This document shows positions 46,431-61,300 of a stretch of 64,000 bases of DNA, one piece after another. Under the pieces are notes generated by a model, which was not told where the DNA came from, did not search any database, and saw only the letters and a list, made by a program, of their open reading frames with translations. The first letter of the stretch is position 1. Each line of letters starts with the position of its first letter. The position numbers were made by a program, and so were the translations under genes. The DNA comes from Narcine bancroftii (taxonomy: Eukaryota): positions 81,902,001 through 81,966,000 of the forward strand of contig NC_091476.1 in the NCBI RefSeq assembly GCF_036971445.1, in the 5' to 3' direction.

Positions 46431-49400
46431 TCCTCGTGATGGGACAGGGCTTTGCTCTGTGTCCCTGCCCCGGGAATGTGTGAAGGGTTGGGGCTTTGCT
46501 CTGTGTCTACACCCCAGGTATGTGTGAAGGGACGGGGCTTTGCTCTGTGTGACGGGACGGCTTTGCTCTGTGTGACGGGACGGGGCTTTGCTCTGCCTGA
46601 CGGGATGGGATTTCACTCTGTGTGACGGGAAGGGGCTTCTCTCTGTGTGAAGGGACGGGGCTTCGCTCTACGTGACGGGACAGGACTTTGCTCCATGTGA
46701 CGGGTCGGGGCTTCGCAGCGTGTGACGGGACGGTGCTTTGCTCCGTGTGACGGGACGTGGCTTCGATCCGTATGACGGGACGGGGCTTCGCTCTTCGTGA
46801 CGGGACGCGGCTTCACTCTGTTTCACCGCCCCTGGAGTTTTTGGCGGGACGGGGCGACGCTTTGTGTGATTGGACGGGGCGATGCTACGTGCCTCCGCCC
46901 CAGCATTGTGCGACGGGATGGTGCTTCACTCTCTGTCCCTGCCCCGGGAGTGTGACGGGACGGGGATTCGCTCCGTGTGACGTATAGGTGCTTCGCTCCG
47001 TGTGACGGGAGAGGACGAGGATTTGCTCTGCGTAACGGGACAGGGCCTCGCTCTTTGTGACGGGACCGGGATTTACTCTGTGTCCCGGCCCCGTGAGTGT
47101 GTGAAGGGTTGGAGCTTTGCTCTGTGTCCCCACCCCAGGTTTGTGTGACGGGATGGGGCTTTGCTCTGTGTGACGGGACGGGGCTTTGCTCTGTGTGACG
47201 GGACGGGGCTTTGCTCTGTGTGACGGGATGGGTCTTCACTCTGTGTGAGGTGACGGGGCTTCTATCTGTGTGACGAGACGGGGCTTCGCTCCACGTGACG
47301 GGACGGGGCTTTGCTCCTCGTGACGGGACGGGGCTTCGCTCCTCGTGACGGGACGGGGCTTCGCTCTTTGTGACGGGACGGGGCTTCGCTCCTCGTGACG
47401 GGACGGGACTTCGCTCCTCGTGACGGGACGGGGCTTCGCTCCTCTTGACGGGTCGGGGCTTCGCTCCTCGTGACGGGACGGGGCTTCGCTCCTCGTGACG
47501 GGACGGGGCTTCGATCCGTATGACGGGACGGGGCTTCGCTCTGCGTGACGGGACGCGGCTTCACTCCGTTTCACCGCCCCTGGAGTTTTTGGCGGGACGG
47601 GGCGACGCTTTGTGTGATGGGACGGGGCGATGCTACGTGCCTCCGCCCCAGCATTGTGCGACGGGATGGTGCCTCACTCTCTTCCCTGCCCTGGGAGTGT
47701 GACGGGACGGGGCTTCGCTCCGTGTGACATATAGGGGCTTCGCTCCGTGTGACGGGAGAGGACGAGGATTTGCTCTGCGTAACGGGACAGGGCCTCGCTC
47801 TTTGTGACGGGACCGGGATTTACTCTGTGTCCCGGCCCCGGGAGTGTGTGAAGGGTTGGAGCTTTGCTCTGTGTCCCCACCCCAGGTTTGTGTAACGGTA
47901 TGGGGCTTTGCTCTGTGTGACGGGACGGGGCTTTGCTCTGTGTGACGGGACGGGGCTTTGCTCTGTGTGACGGGATGGGTCTTCACTCTGTGTGACGGGA
48001 TGGGGCTTCTCTCTGTGTGACGAGACGGGGCTTCGCTCCTCGTGACGGGACGGGGCTTCGCTCCTCGTGACGGGACGGGGCTTGCTCCTTGTGACGGGAC
48101 AGGGCTTCTCTCCTCGTGACGGGACGGGGCTTCGCTCCACGTGACGGGACGGGGCTTCGCTCCTCGTGACGGGACGGGGCTTCGCTCCTCGTGACGGGAC
48201 GGGGCTTCGCTCCTCGTGACGGGACGGGGCTTCGCTCTTTGTGACGGGACGGGGCTTCGCTCCTCGTGACGGGACGGGGCTTCGCTCCTCGTGACGGGAC
48301 GGGGCTTCGCTCCACGTGACGGGATGGGGCTTCCCTCCTCGTGACGGGACTGGGCTTCGCTCCTCTTGACGGGACGCGGCTTCGCTCCTCGTGACGGTAC
48401 GGGGCTTCGCTCCTTGTGACTGGACGGGGCTTCGCTCATCGTGACGGGACGGGGCTTTGCTCCTCGTGAAGGGACGGGGCTACGCTCCTCGTGACGGGAC
48501 GGGGCTTCACTCCTCGTGACGGGACGGGTCTTCGCTCCTCGTGACGGGACGGGGCTTCCATCCTCGTGACGGGACGGGGCTTCCCTCCTCGTGACGGGAC
48601 GGGGCTTCGCTCCTTGTCCCTGCCATGGGAATGTGTGACGGGAATGGGCTTCGCTCTGTGTGACGGTATGGGACTTCACTCTGTCTCCCCGCCCCTGGAG
48701 TGTGTGAAGGGTTCGGGTTTGCTCTGAGTCCCTGCCCCAGGTGTGTGTGACGGGACGGGACGGGGCTTCGCTCCGTGTGACGGAAGGGACTTCGTTCCGT
48801 GTGACGGGACGGGGCTTCGCTCCGTGTGACGGGACGGGGCTTTGCTCCGTGTGACGGGACGGGTCTTCGCTCCATGTGGGACGGGACTTCGCTCGTGTGA
48901 CAGGACGGTGCTTCGGTCCGTGTGATGGAAGGGACTTCGTTCCGTGTGACGGGACGGGGCTTCGCTCCGTGTGACGGGACGGGGCTTTGCTCCGTGTGAC
49001 GGGACGGGTCTTCGCTCCGTGTGGGACGGGACTTCGCTCGTGTGACAGGACGGTGCTTCGGTCCGTGTCACGGGACGGGGCTGCGCTCCATGTGACGTAA
49101 CGATGGCTTCTCTCCTTGTGACGTGACGGGGCATCTCTCCTCGTGACGGGACGGGACTTCTCTCCTTGTGACGGGACGGGGCTTCGCTCCTTGTGACGGG
49201 ACAGGGCTTCGCTCCGTGTGACGGGACAGGGTGAGACTTTACTCTGTGTGACGGGTCAGGGCTTTATTCTGTGTCCCTGCCTCGGGAGAGTGTGACGGGA
49301 TGGTGCTTCGCTCTGTGTGACTGGACAGGACTTCACTCTGTCTCCCCGTCCCTGGAGTGTTTGACGGGACGGGGCGACCCTTTGTGTGACGGGACGTGGC

Positions 49401-52354
49401 GACGCTACGTGACTCCGCTCCAGCATTGTGTGATGGGATGGCGCTTCAATCTCTGTCCCTGCCCCGGGAGTGTGACGGGACGGGGCTCCAGTCCGTGTAA
49501 AGGGTCGGGGCTTCGCTCCGTGTGACGGGAGTGGACGAGTCTTTGCTCTGTGTGACGGAATGGGGATTTACTCTGTGTCCCTGCCCCGGGAGTGTGTGAA
49601 GGGTTGGGGCTTTGTTCTGTGTGACGGGATGGGTCTTCACTCTGTGTGAAGGGACGGGGCTTCTCTCTGTGTGACGTGACGGGGCTTCGCTCCTCGTGAC
49701 GGTACGGGGCTTCGCTCCTCGTGATGGGACAGGGCTTTGCTCTGTGTCCCTGCCCCGGGAATGTGTGAAGGGTTGGGGCTTTGCTCTGTGTCTACACCCC
49801 AGGTATGTGTGAAGGGACGGGGCTTTGCTCTGTGTGACGGGACGGCTTTGCTCTGTGTGACGGGACGGGGCTTTGCTCTGCGTGACGGGATGGGATTTCA
49901 CTCTGTGTGACGGGAAGGGGCTTCTCTCTGTGTGAAGGGACGGGGCTTCGCTCTACGTGACGGGACAGGACTTTGCTCCATGTGACGGGTCGGGGCTTCG
50001 CAGCGTGTGACGGGACGGTGCTTTGCTCCGTGTGACGGGACGTGGCTTCGATCCGTATGACGGGACGGGGCTTCGCTCTTCGTGACGGGACGCGGCTTCA
50101 CTCTGTTTCACCGCCCCTGGAGTTTTTGGCGGGACGGGGCGACGCTTTGTGTGATTGGACGGGGCGATGCTACGTGCCTCCGCCCCAGCATTGTGCGACG
50201 GGATGGTGCTTCACTCTCTGTCCCTGCCCCGGGAGTGTGACGGGACAGGGATTCGCTCCGTGTGACGTATAGGTGCTTCGCTCCGTGTGACGGGAGAGGA
50301 CGAGGATTTGCTCTGCGTAACGGGACAGGGCCTCGCTCTTTGTGACGGGAGAGGAATTTACTCTGTGTCCCGGCCCCGGGAGTGTGTGAAGGGTTGGAGC
50401 TTTGCTCTGTGTCCCCACCCCAGGTTTGTGTGACGGGATGGGGCTTTGCTCTGTGTGACGGGACGGGGCTTTGCTCTGTGTGACGGGACGGGGCTTTGCT
50501 CTGTGTGACGGGATGGGTCTTCACTCTGTGTGATGGGACGGGGCTTCTCTCTGTGTGACGAGACGGGGCTTCGCTCCACGTGACGGGATGGGACTTCGCT
50601 CCTCGTGACGGGACGGGGCTTCGCTCCTCGTGACGGGACGGGGCTTCGCTCTTTGTGACGGGACGGGGCTTCGCTCCTCGTGACGGGACGGGGCTTGCTC
50701 CTCGTGATGGGACGGGGATTCTCTCCTCGTGACGGGTCGGGGCTTCGCTCCACGTGACGGGACGGAGCTTCGCTCCTCGTGACGCGACGGGGCTTCGCTC
50801 CTCTTGACGGGACGTGGCTTCGCTCCTTGTGACGGGACGGGGCTTCGCTCCTTGTCCCTGCCATGGGAGTGTGTGACGGGAAGGGGCTTCGCTCTGTATG
50901 ACGGTATGGGGCTTCACTCTGTCATCCCGCCCCAGGAGTGTGTGAAGGGTTTGTGCTTTGCTGTGAGTCCCTGCCCCAGTTTTGTGTGATGGGACAGGAC
51001 GGGGCATCGCTCCGTGTGATGGAAGGGCTTCGTTCCGTGTGACGGGACTGGGCTTCGCTCCGCGTGACGGGACGGGGCTTCGCTCCGTGTGACGATACGG
51101 GGCTTCGCTCCGTGTGACGGGACGGGGGTTCGCTCCGTGTGACGGGATGGGGCTTCTCTCCTAGTGACGGGACGGGGCTTCGCTCCTCGTGACGGGACGG
51201 GGCTTCGCTCCGTGTGACGGGACAGGGTGAGACTTTGCTCTGTGTGACGGGTGAGTGTTTTATTCTGTGTCCCTGCCTCGGGAGAGTGTGACGGGACGGT
51301 GCTTCGCTCTGTGTGACCTGACAGGGCTTCACTCTGTCTCCCCGTCCCTGGAGTGTTTGACGGGACGGGGCGACCCTTTGTGTGACGGGACGTGGCGACG
51401 CTACGTGTCTGCGCCCCAGCATTGTGTGACGGGATGGCGCTTCACTCTCTGTCCCTGGCACGGGAGTGTGACGGGACGGGGCTCCAGACCGTGTAAAGGG
51501 TCGGGGCTTCGCTCCGTGTGACGGGAGTGGACGAGGCTTCGCTCCGTGTGACGGGACAGGGCTTCGCTCCGCGTGACGGATCAGGACTTTGCTCTGTGTC
51601 CCTGCCCCGGGAATGTGTGAAGGGTTGTGGCTTTGCTCTGTGTCTACACCCCAGGTATTTGTGACGGGACGGTGCTTTGCTCTGTGTGACGGGACGGGCT
51701 TTGCTCTGTGTGACGGGACGGGGCTTTGATCTGCGTGACGGGACGGGGCTTTGCTCTGTGTGACGGGAAGGGGATTTGCTCTGTGTGACAGGACGGGGTT
51801 TGCTCTGTGTGACGGGATGGGTCTTCACTCTGTGTGACGGGAAGTGGCTTCTCTCTGTGTGAAGGGACGGGGCTTCGCTCTATGTGACGGGACAGGACTT
51901 TGCTCCATGTGACGGGTCGGGTCTTCGCAGTGTGTGACGGGACGGTGCTTCGGTCCATGTGACGGGTCGCGGCTTCACTCTGTTTCACCGCCCCAGGAGT
52001 TTTTGACGGGACGGGGCGACGCTTTGTGTGATGGGACGGGGCAATGCTACGTGCCTTCGCCCCAGCATTGTGCGACGGGATGGTGCTTCACTCTCTGTCC
52101 CTGCCCCGGGAGTGTGGCGGGACGGGGCTTCGCTCCGTGTGACGGATAGGGGCTTCGCTCCATGTGACGGGAGAGGACGAGGATTTGCTCTGCGTAACGG
52201 GACAGGGCCACGCTCTTCGTGACGGGACCGGGATTTACTCTGTGTCCCGGCCCCGTGAGTGTGTGAAGGGTTGGAGCTTTGCTCTGTGTCCCCACCCCAG
52301 GTTTGTGTGACGGGATGGGGCTTTGCTCTGTGTGACGGGACGGGGCTTTGCTCT

Positions 52355-55300
52355 GTGTGACGGGACGGGGCTTTGCTCTGTGTGACGGGACGGGGCTTCG
52401 ATCCGTATGACGGGACGGGGCTTCGCTCTGCGTGACGGGACGCGGCTTCACTCTGTTTCACCGCCCTTGGAGTTTTAGGCGGGACGGGGCGACGCTTTGT
52501 GTGATGGGACGGGGCGATGCTACGTGCCTCCGCCCCAGCATTGTGCGACGGGATGGTGCCTCACTCTCTTCCCTGCCCTGGGAGTGTGACGGGACGGGGC
52601 TTCGCTCCGTGTGACATATAGGGGCTTCGCTCCGTGTGACGGGAGAGGACGAGGATTTGCTCTGCGTAACGGGACAGGGCCTCGCTCTTTGTGATGGGAC
52701 CGGGATTTACTCTGTGTCCCGGCCCCGGGAGTGTGTGAAGGGTTGGAGTTTTGCTCTGTGTCCCCACCCCAGGTTTGTGTAACGGTATGGGGCTTTGCTC
52801 TGTGTGACGGGACGGGGCTTTGCTCTGTGTGACGGGACGGGGCTTCGCTCATCGTGACGGGACGGGGCTTCGCTCCTCGTGAAGGGACGGGGCTACGCTC
52901 CTCGTGACGGGACGGGGCTTCACTCCTCGTGACGGGACGGGTCTTCGCTCCTCGTGACGGGACGGGGCTTCGATCCTCGTGACGGGACGGGGCTTCCCTC
53001 CTCGTGACGGGACGGGGCTTCGCTCCTTGTCCCTGCCATGGGAGTGTGTGACGGGAATGGGCTTCGCTCTGTGTGACGGTATGGGGCTTCACTCTGTCTC
53101 CCCGCCCCTGGAGTGTGTGAAGGGTTCGGGTTTGCTCTGAGTCCCTGCCCCAGGTGTGTGTGACGGGACGGGACGGGGCTTCGCTCCGTGTGACGGAAGG
53201 GACTTCGTTGCGTGTGACGGGACGGGGCTTCGCTCCGTGTGACGGGACGGGGCTTTGCTCCGTGTGACGGGACGGGTCTTCGCTCGGTGTGGGACGGGAC
53301 TTCGCTCGTGTGACAGGACGGTGCTTCGGTCCGTGTCACGGGATGGTGTTCGCTCCGTGTGACGGGACGGGGCTTCGCTCCGTGTGACGGGACGGCGCTT
53401 TCCTCTGTGTGACGGGACGGGGCTTTGCTCCGTGTTACGGGATGGGGCTGCGCTCTGTGTGACGGGACGGGGCTGCGCTTCGTGTGACGGGACGGGGCTG
53501 CGCTCCATGTGACGGGACGATGGCTTCTCTCCTTGTGACGGGACGGGGCATCTCTCCTCGTGACGGGACGGGGCTTCTCTCCTTGTGACGGGACGGGGCT
53601 TCGCTCCTTGTGACGGGACAGGGCTTCGCTCCGTGTGACGGGACAGGGTGAGACTTTACTCTGTGTGACGGGTCAGGGCTTTATTCTGTGTCCCTGCCTC
53701 GGGAGCGTGTGACGGGATGGTGCTTCGCTCTGTGTGACTGGACAGGACTTCACTCTGTCTCCCCGTCCCTGGAGTGTTTGACGGGACGGGGCGACCCTTT
53801 GTGTGACGGGACGTGGCGACGCTACGTGTCTCCGCTCCAGCATTGTGTGATGGGATGGCGCTTCAATCTCTGTCCCTGCCCCGGGAGTGTGACGGGACGG
53901 GGCTCCAGTCCGTGTAAAGGGTCGGGGCTTCGCTCCGTGTGACGGGTGTGGACGAGGCTTTGCTCTGTGTGACGGAATGGGGATTTACTCTGTGTCCCTG
54001 CCCCGGGAGTGTGTGACGGGATGGGTCTTCACTCTGTGTGAAGGGACGGGGCTTCTCTCTGTGTGACGTGACGGGGCTTCGCTCCTCGTGACGGTACGGG
54101 GCTTCGCTCCTCGTGATGGGACAGGGCTTTGCTCTGTGTCCCTGCCCCGGGAATGTGTGAAGGGTTGGGGCTTTGCTCTGTGTCTACACCCCAGGTATGT
54201 GTGAAGGGACGGGGCTTTGCTCTGTGTGACGGGACGGCTTTGCTCTGTGTGACGGGACGGGGCTTTGCTCTGCGTGACGGGATGGGATTTCACTCTGTGT
54301 GACGGGAAGAGGCTTCTCTCTGTGTGAAGGGACGGGGCTTCGCTCTACGTGACGGGACAGGACTTTGCTCCATGTGACGGGTCGGGGCTTCGCAGCGTGT
54401 GACGGGACGGTGCTTTGCTCCGTGTGACGGGACGTGGCTTCGATCCGTGTGACAGAACGTGGCTTCGCTCTGCGTGACGGGACGCGGCTTCACTCTGTTT
54501 CACCGCCCCTGGAGTTTTTGGCGGGACGGGGCGACGCTTTGTGTGATTGGACGGGGCGATGCTACGTGCCTCCGCCCCAGCATTGTGCGACGGGATGGTG
54601 CTTCACTCTCTGTCCCTGCCCCGGGAGTGTGACGGGACGGGGATTCGCTCCGTGTGACGTATAGGTGCTTCGCTCCGTATGACGGGAGAGGACGAGGATT
54701 TGCTCTGCGTAACGGGACAGGGCCTCGCTCTTTGTGACGGGACCGGAATTTACTCTGTGTCCCGGCCCCGGGAGTGTGTGAAGGGTTGGAGCTTTGCTCT
54801 GTGTCCCCACCCCAGGTTTGTGTGACGGGATGGGGCTTTGCTCTGTGTGACGGGACGGGGCTTTGCTCTGTGTGACGGGACGGGGCTTTGCTCTGTGTGA
54901 CGGGATGGGTCTTCACTCTGTGTGATGGGACGGGGCTTCTCTCTGTGTGACGAGACGGGGCTTCGCTCCACGTGACGGGATGGGACTTCGCTCCTCGTGA
55001 CGGGACGGGGCTTCGCTCCTCGTGACTGGACGGGGCTTCGCTCCTCGTGACGGGACGGGGCGTCGCTCCTCGTGACGGGACGGGGCTTGCTCCTCGTGAT
55101 GGGACGGGGATTCTCTCCTCGTGACGGGACGGGGCTTCGCTCCACGTGACGGGACGGAGCTTCGCTCCTCGTGACGCGACGGGGCTTCGCTCCTCTTGAC
55201 GGGACGGGGCTTAGCTCCTTGTGACGGGACGGGGCTTCGCTCCTTGTCCCTGCCATGGGAGTGTGTGACGGGAAGTGGCTTCGCTCTGTATGACGGTATG

Positions 55301-58300
55301 GGGCTTCACTCTGTCTTCCCGCCCCAGGAGTGTGTGAAGGGTTGGGGCTTTGCTGTGAGTCCCTGCCCCAGGTGTGTGTGATGGGACGGGACGGGGCATC
55401 GCTCCGTGTGATGGAAGGGCTTCGTTCCGTGTGACGGGACGGGGCTTCGCTCCGCGTGACGTGACGGGGCTTCGCTCCGTGTGACGGGACGGGGCTTCGC
55501 TCCGTGTGACGGGACGGGGGTTCGCTCCGTGTGACGGGATGGGGCTTCTCTCCTAGTTACGGGACGGGGCTTCGCTCCTTGTGACGGGACGGGGCTTCGC
55601 TCCGTGTGACGGGACAGGGTGAGACTTTGCTCTGTGTGACGGGTGAGGGTTTTATTCTGTGTCCCTGCTTCGGGAGAGTGTGACGGGACGGTGCTTCGCT
55701 CTGTGAGACCTGACAGGGCTTCACTCTGTCTCCCCGTCCCTGGAGTGTTTGACGGGACGGGGCGACCCTTTGTGTGACGGGACGTGGCGACGCTACGTGT
55801 CTGCGCCCCAGCATTGTGTGACGGGATGGCGCTTCACTCTCTGTCCCTGGCACGGGAGTGTGACGGGACGGGGCTCCAGACCGTGTAAAGGGTCGGGGCT
55901 TCGCTCCGTGTGACGGGAGTGGACGAGGCTTCGCTCCGTGTGACGGGACGGGGCTTCGCTCCGCGTGACGGGACGGGGCTTTGCTCCGTGTGACGGGACG
56001 GGTCTTCGCTCGGTGTGGGACGGGACTTCGCTCGTGTGACAGGACGGTGCTTCGGTCCGTGTCACGGGATGGTGTTCGCTCCGTGTGACGGGACGGGGCT
56101 TCGCTCCGTGTGACGGGACGGCGCTTTCCTCTGTGTGACGGGACGGGGCTTTGCTCCGTGTTACGGGATGGGGCTGCGCTCTGTGTGACGGGACGGGGCT
56201 GCGCTTCGTGTGACGGGACGGGGCTGCGCTCCATGTGACGGGACGATGGCTTCTCTCCTTGTGACGGGACGGGGCATCTCTCCTCGTGACGGGACGGGGC
56301 TTCTCTCCTTGTGACGGGACGGGGCTTCGCTCCTTGTGACGGGACAGGGCTTCGCTCCGTGTGACGGGACAGGGTGAGACTTTACTCTGTGTGACGGGTC
56401 AGGGCTTTATTCTGTGTCCCTGCCTCGGGAGCGTGTGACGGGATGGTGCTTCGCTCTGTGTGACTGGACAGGACTTCACTCTGTCTCCCCGTCCCTGGAG
56501 TGTTTGACGGGACGGGGCGACCCTTTGTGTGACGGGACGTGGCGACGCTACGTGTCTCCGCTCCAGCATTGTGTGATGGGATGGCGCTTCAATCTCTGTC
56601 CCTGCCCCGGGAGTGTGACGGGACGGGGCTCCAGTCCGTGTAAAGGGTCGGGGCTTCGCTCCGTGTGACGGGTGTGGACGAGGCTTTGCTCTGTGTGACG
56701 GAATGGGGATTTACTCTGTGTCCCTGCCCCGGGAGTGTGTGACGGGATGGGTCTTCACTCTGTGTGAAGGGACGGGGCTTCTCTCTGTGTGACGTGACGG
56801 GGCTTCGCTCCTCGTGACGGTACGGGGCTTCGCTCCTCGTGATGGGACAGGGCTTTGCTCTGTGTCCCTGCCCCGGGAATGTGTGAAGGGTTGGGGCTTT
56901 GCTCTGTGTCTACACCCCAGGTATGTGTGAAGGGACGGGGCTTTGCTCTGTGTGACGGGACGGCTTTGCTCTGTGTGACGGGACGGGGCTTTGCTCTGCG
57001 TGACGGGATGGGATTTCACTCTGTGTGACGGGAAGAGGCTTCTCTCTGTGTGAAGGGACGGGGCTTCGCTCTACGTGACGGGACAGGACTTTGCTCCATG
57101 TGACGGGTCGGGGCTTCGCAGCGTGTGACGGGACGGTGCTTTGCTCCGTGTGACGGGACGTGGCTTCGATCCGTGTGACAGAACGTGGCTTCGCTCTGCG
57201 TGACGGGACGCGGCTTCACTCTGTTTCACCGCCCCTGGAGTTTTTGGCGGGACGGGGCGACGCTTTGTGTGATTGGACGGGGCGATGCTACGTGCCTCCG
57301 CCCCAGCATTGTGCGACGGGATGGTGCTTCACTCTCTGTCCCTGCCCCGGGAGTGTGACGGGACGGGGATTCGCTCCGTGTGACGTATAGGTGCTTCGCT
57401 CCGTATGACGGGAGAGGACGAGGATTTGCTCTGCGTAACGGGACAGGGCCTCGCTCTTTGTGACGGGACCGGAATTTACTCTGTGTCCCGGCCCCGGGAG
57501 TGTGTGAAGGGTTGGAGCTTTGCTCTGTGTCCCCACCCCAGGTTTGTGTGACGGGATGGGGCTTTGCTCTGTGTGACGGGACGGGGCTTTGCTCTGTGTG
57601 ACGGGACGGGGCTTTGCTCTGTGTGACGGGATGGGTCTTCACTCTGTGTGATGGGACGGGGCTTCTCTCTGTGTGACGAGACGGGGCTTCGCTCCACGTG
57701 ACGGGATGGGACTTCGCTCCTCGTGACGGGACGGGGCTTCGCTCCTCGTGACTGGACGGGGCTTCGCTCCTCGTGACGGGACGGGGCGTCGCTCCTCGTG
57801 ACGGGACGGGGCTTGCTCCTCGTGATGGGACGGGGATTCTCTCCTCGTGACGGGACGGGGCTTCGCTCCACGTGACGGGACGGAGCTTCGCTCCTCGTGA
57901 CGCGACGGGGCTTCGCTCCTCTTGACGGGACGGGGCTTAGCTCCTTGTGACGGGACGGGGCTTCGCTCCTTGTCCCTGCCATGGGAGTGTGTGACGGGAA
58001 GTGGCTTCGCTCTGTATGACGGTATGGGGCTTCACTCTGTCTTCCCGCCCCAGGAGTGTGTGAAGGGTTGGGGCTTTGCTGTGAGTCCCTGCCCCAGGTG
58101 TGTGTGATGGGACGGGACGGGGCATCGCTCCGTGTGATGGAAGGGCTTCGTTCCGTGTGACGGGACGGGGCTTCGCTCCGCGTGACGTGACGGGGCTTCG
58201 CTCCGTGTGACGGGACGGGGCTTCGCTCCGTGTGACGGGACGGGGGTTCGCTCCGTGTGACGGGATGGGGCTTCTCTCCTAGTTACGGGACGGGGCTTCG

Positions 58301-61300
58301 CTCCTTGTGACGGGACGGGGCTTCGCTCCGTGTGACGGGACAGGGTGAGACTTTGCTCTGTGTGACGGGTGAGGGTTTTATTCTGTGTCCCTGCTTCGGG
58401 AGAGTGTGACGGGACGGTGCTTCGCTCTGTGAGACCTGACAGGGCTTCACTCTGTCTCCCCGTCCCTGGAGTGTTTGACGGGACGGGGCGACCCTTTGTG
58501 TGACGGGACGTGGCGACGCTACGTGTCTGCGCCCCAGCATTGTGTGACGGGATGGCGCTTCACTCTCTGTCCCTGGCACGGGAGTGTGACGGGACGGGGC
58601 TCCAGACCGTGTAAAGGGTCGGGGCTTCGCTCCGTGTGACGGGAGTGGACGAGGCTTCGCTCCGTGTGACGGGACGGGGCTTCGCTCCGCGTGACGGATC
58701 AGGACTTTGCTCTTTGTCCCTGCCCCGGGAATGTGTGAAGGGTTGGGGCTTTGCTCTGTGTCTACACCCCAGGTATTTGTGACGGGACGGGGCTTTGCTC
58801 TGTGTGACGGGACGGGCTTTGCTCTGTGTGACGGGACGGGGCTTTGATCTGCGTGACGGGACGGGGCTTTGCTCTGTGTGACGGGAAGGGGATTTGCTCT
58901 GTGTGACAGGACGGGGTTTGCTCTGTGTGACGGGATGGGTCTTCACTCTGTGTGACGGGAAGTGGCTTCTCTCTGTGTGAAGGGACGGGGCTTCGCTCTA
59001 TGTGACGGGACAGGACTTTGCTCCATGTGACGGGTCGGGTCTTCGCAGTGTGTGACGGGACGGTGCTTCGCTCCGTGTGACGGGACGGGGCTTTGCTCTG
59101 TGTGACGGGACGGGGCTTCGATCCGTATGACGGGACGGGGCTTCGCTCTGCGTGACGGGACGCGGCTTCACTCTGTTTCACCGCCCTTGGAGTTTTAGGC
59201 GGGACGGGGCGACGCTTTGTGTGATGGGACGGGGCGATGCTACGTGCCTCCGCCCCAGCATTGTGCGACGGGATGGTGCCTCACTCTCTTCCCTGCCCTG
59301 GGAGTGTGACGGGACGGGGCTTCGCTCCGTGTGACATATAGGGGCTTCGCTCCGTGTGACGGGAGAGGACGAGGATTTGCTCTGCGTAACGGGACAGGGC
59401 CTCGCTCTTTGTGATGGGACCGGGATTTACTCTGTGTCCCGGCCCCGGGAGTGTGTGAAGGGTTGGAGTTTTGCTCTGTGTCCCCACCCCAGGTTTGTGT
59501 AACGGTATGGGGCTTTGCTCTGTGTGACGGGACGGGGCTTTGCTCTGTGTGACGGGACGGGGCTTCGCTCATCGTGACGGGACGGGGCTTCGCTCCTCGT
59601 GAAGGGACGGGGCTACGCTCCTCGTGACGGGACGGGGCTTCACTCCTCGTGACGGGACGGGTCTTCGCTCCTCGTGACGGGACGGGGCTTCGATCCTCGT
59701 GACGGGACGGGGCTTCCCTCCTCGTGACGGGACGGGGCTTCGCTCCTTGTCCCTGCCATGGGAGTGTGTGACGGGAATGGGCTTCGCTCTGTGTGACGGT
59801 ATGGGGCTTCACTCTGTCTCCCCGCCCCTGGAGTGTGTGAAGGGTTCGGGTTTGCTCTGAGTCCCTGCCCCAGGTGTGTGTGACGGGACGGGACGGGGCT
59901 TCGCTCCGTGTGACGGAAGGGACTTCGTTGCGTGTGACGGGACGGGGCTTCGCTCCGTGTGACGGGACGGGGCTTTGCTCCGTGTGACGGGACGGGTCTT
60001 CGCTCGGTGTGGGACGGGACTTCGCTCGTGTGACAGGACGGTGCTTCGGTCCGTGTCACGGGATGGTGTTCGCTCCGTGTGACGGGACGGGGCTTCGCTC
60101 CGTGTGACGGGACGGCGCTTTCCTCTGTGTGACGGGACGGGGCTTTGCTCCGTGTTACGGGATGGGGCTGCGCTCTGTGTGACGGGACGGGGCTGCGCTT
60201 CGTGTGACGGGACGGGGCTGCGCTCCATGTGACGGGACGATGGCTTCTCTCCTTGTGACGGGACGGGGCATCTCTCCTCGTGACGGGACGGGGCTTCTCT
60301 CCTTGTGACGGGACGGGGCTTCGCTCCTTGTGACGGGACAGGGCTTCGCTCCGTGTGACGGGACAGGGTGAGACTTTACTCTGTGTGACGGGTCAGGGCT
60401 TTATTCTGTGTCCCTGCCTCGGGAGCGTGTGACGGGATGGTGCTTCGCTCTGTGTGACTGGACAGGACTTCACTCTGTCTCCCCGTCCCTGGAGTGTTTG
60501 ACGGGACGGGGCGACCCTTTGTGTGACGGGACGTGGCGACGCTACGTGTCTCCGCTCCAGCATTGTGTGATGGGATGGCGCTTCAATCTCTGTCCCTGCC
60601 CCGGGAGTGTGACGGGACGGGGCTCCAGTCCGTGTAAAGGGTCGGGGCTTCGCTCCGTGTGACGGGTGTGGACGAGGCTTTGCTCTGTGTGACGGAATGG
60701 GGATTTACTCTGTGTCCCTGCCCCGGGAGTGTGTGACGGGATGGGTCTTCACTCTGTGTGAAGGGACGGGGCTTCTCTCTGTGTGACGTGACGGGGCTTC
60801 GCTCCTCGTGACGGTACGGGGCTTCGCTCCTCGTGATGGGACAGGGCTTTGCTCTGTGTCCCTGCCCCGGGAATGTGTGAAGGGTTGGGGCTTTGCTCTG
60901 TGTCTACACCCCAGGTATGTGTGAAGGGACGGGGCTTTGCTCTGTGTGACGGGACGGCTTTGCTCTGTGTGACGGGACGGGGCTTTGCTCTGCGTGACGG
61001 GATGGGATTTCACTCTGTGTGACGGGAAGAGGCTTCTCTCTGTGTGAAGGGACGGGGCTTCGCTCTACGTGACGGGACAGGACTTTGCTCCATGTGACGG
61101 GTCGGGGCTTCGCAGCGTGTGACGGGACGGTGCTTTGCTCCGTGTGACGGGACGTGGCTTCGATCCGTGTGACAGAACGTGGCTTCGCTCTGCGTGACGG
61201 GACGCGGCTTCACTCTGTTTCACCGCCCCTGGAGTTTTTGGCGGGACGGGGCGACGCTTTGTGTGATTGGACGGGGCGATGCTACGTGCCTCCGCCCCAG

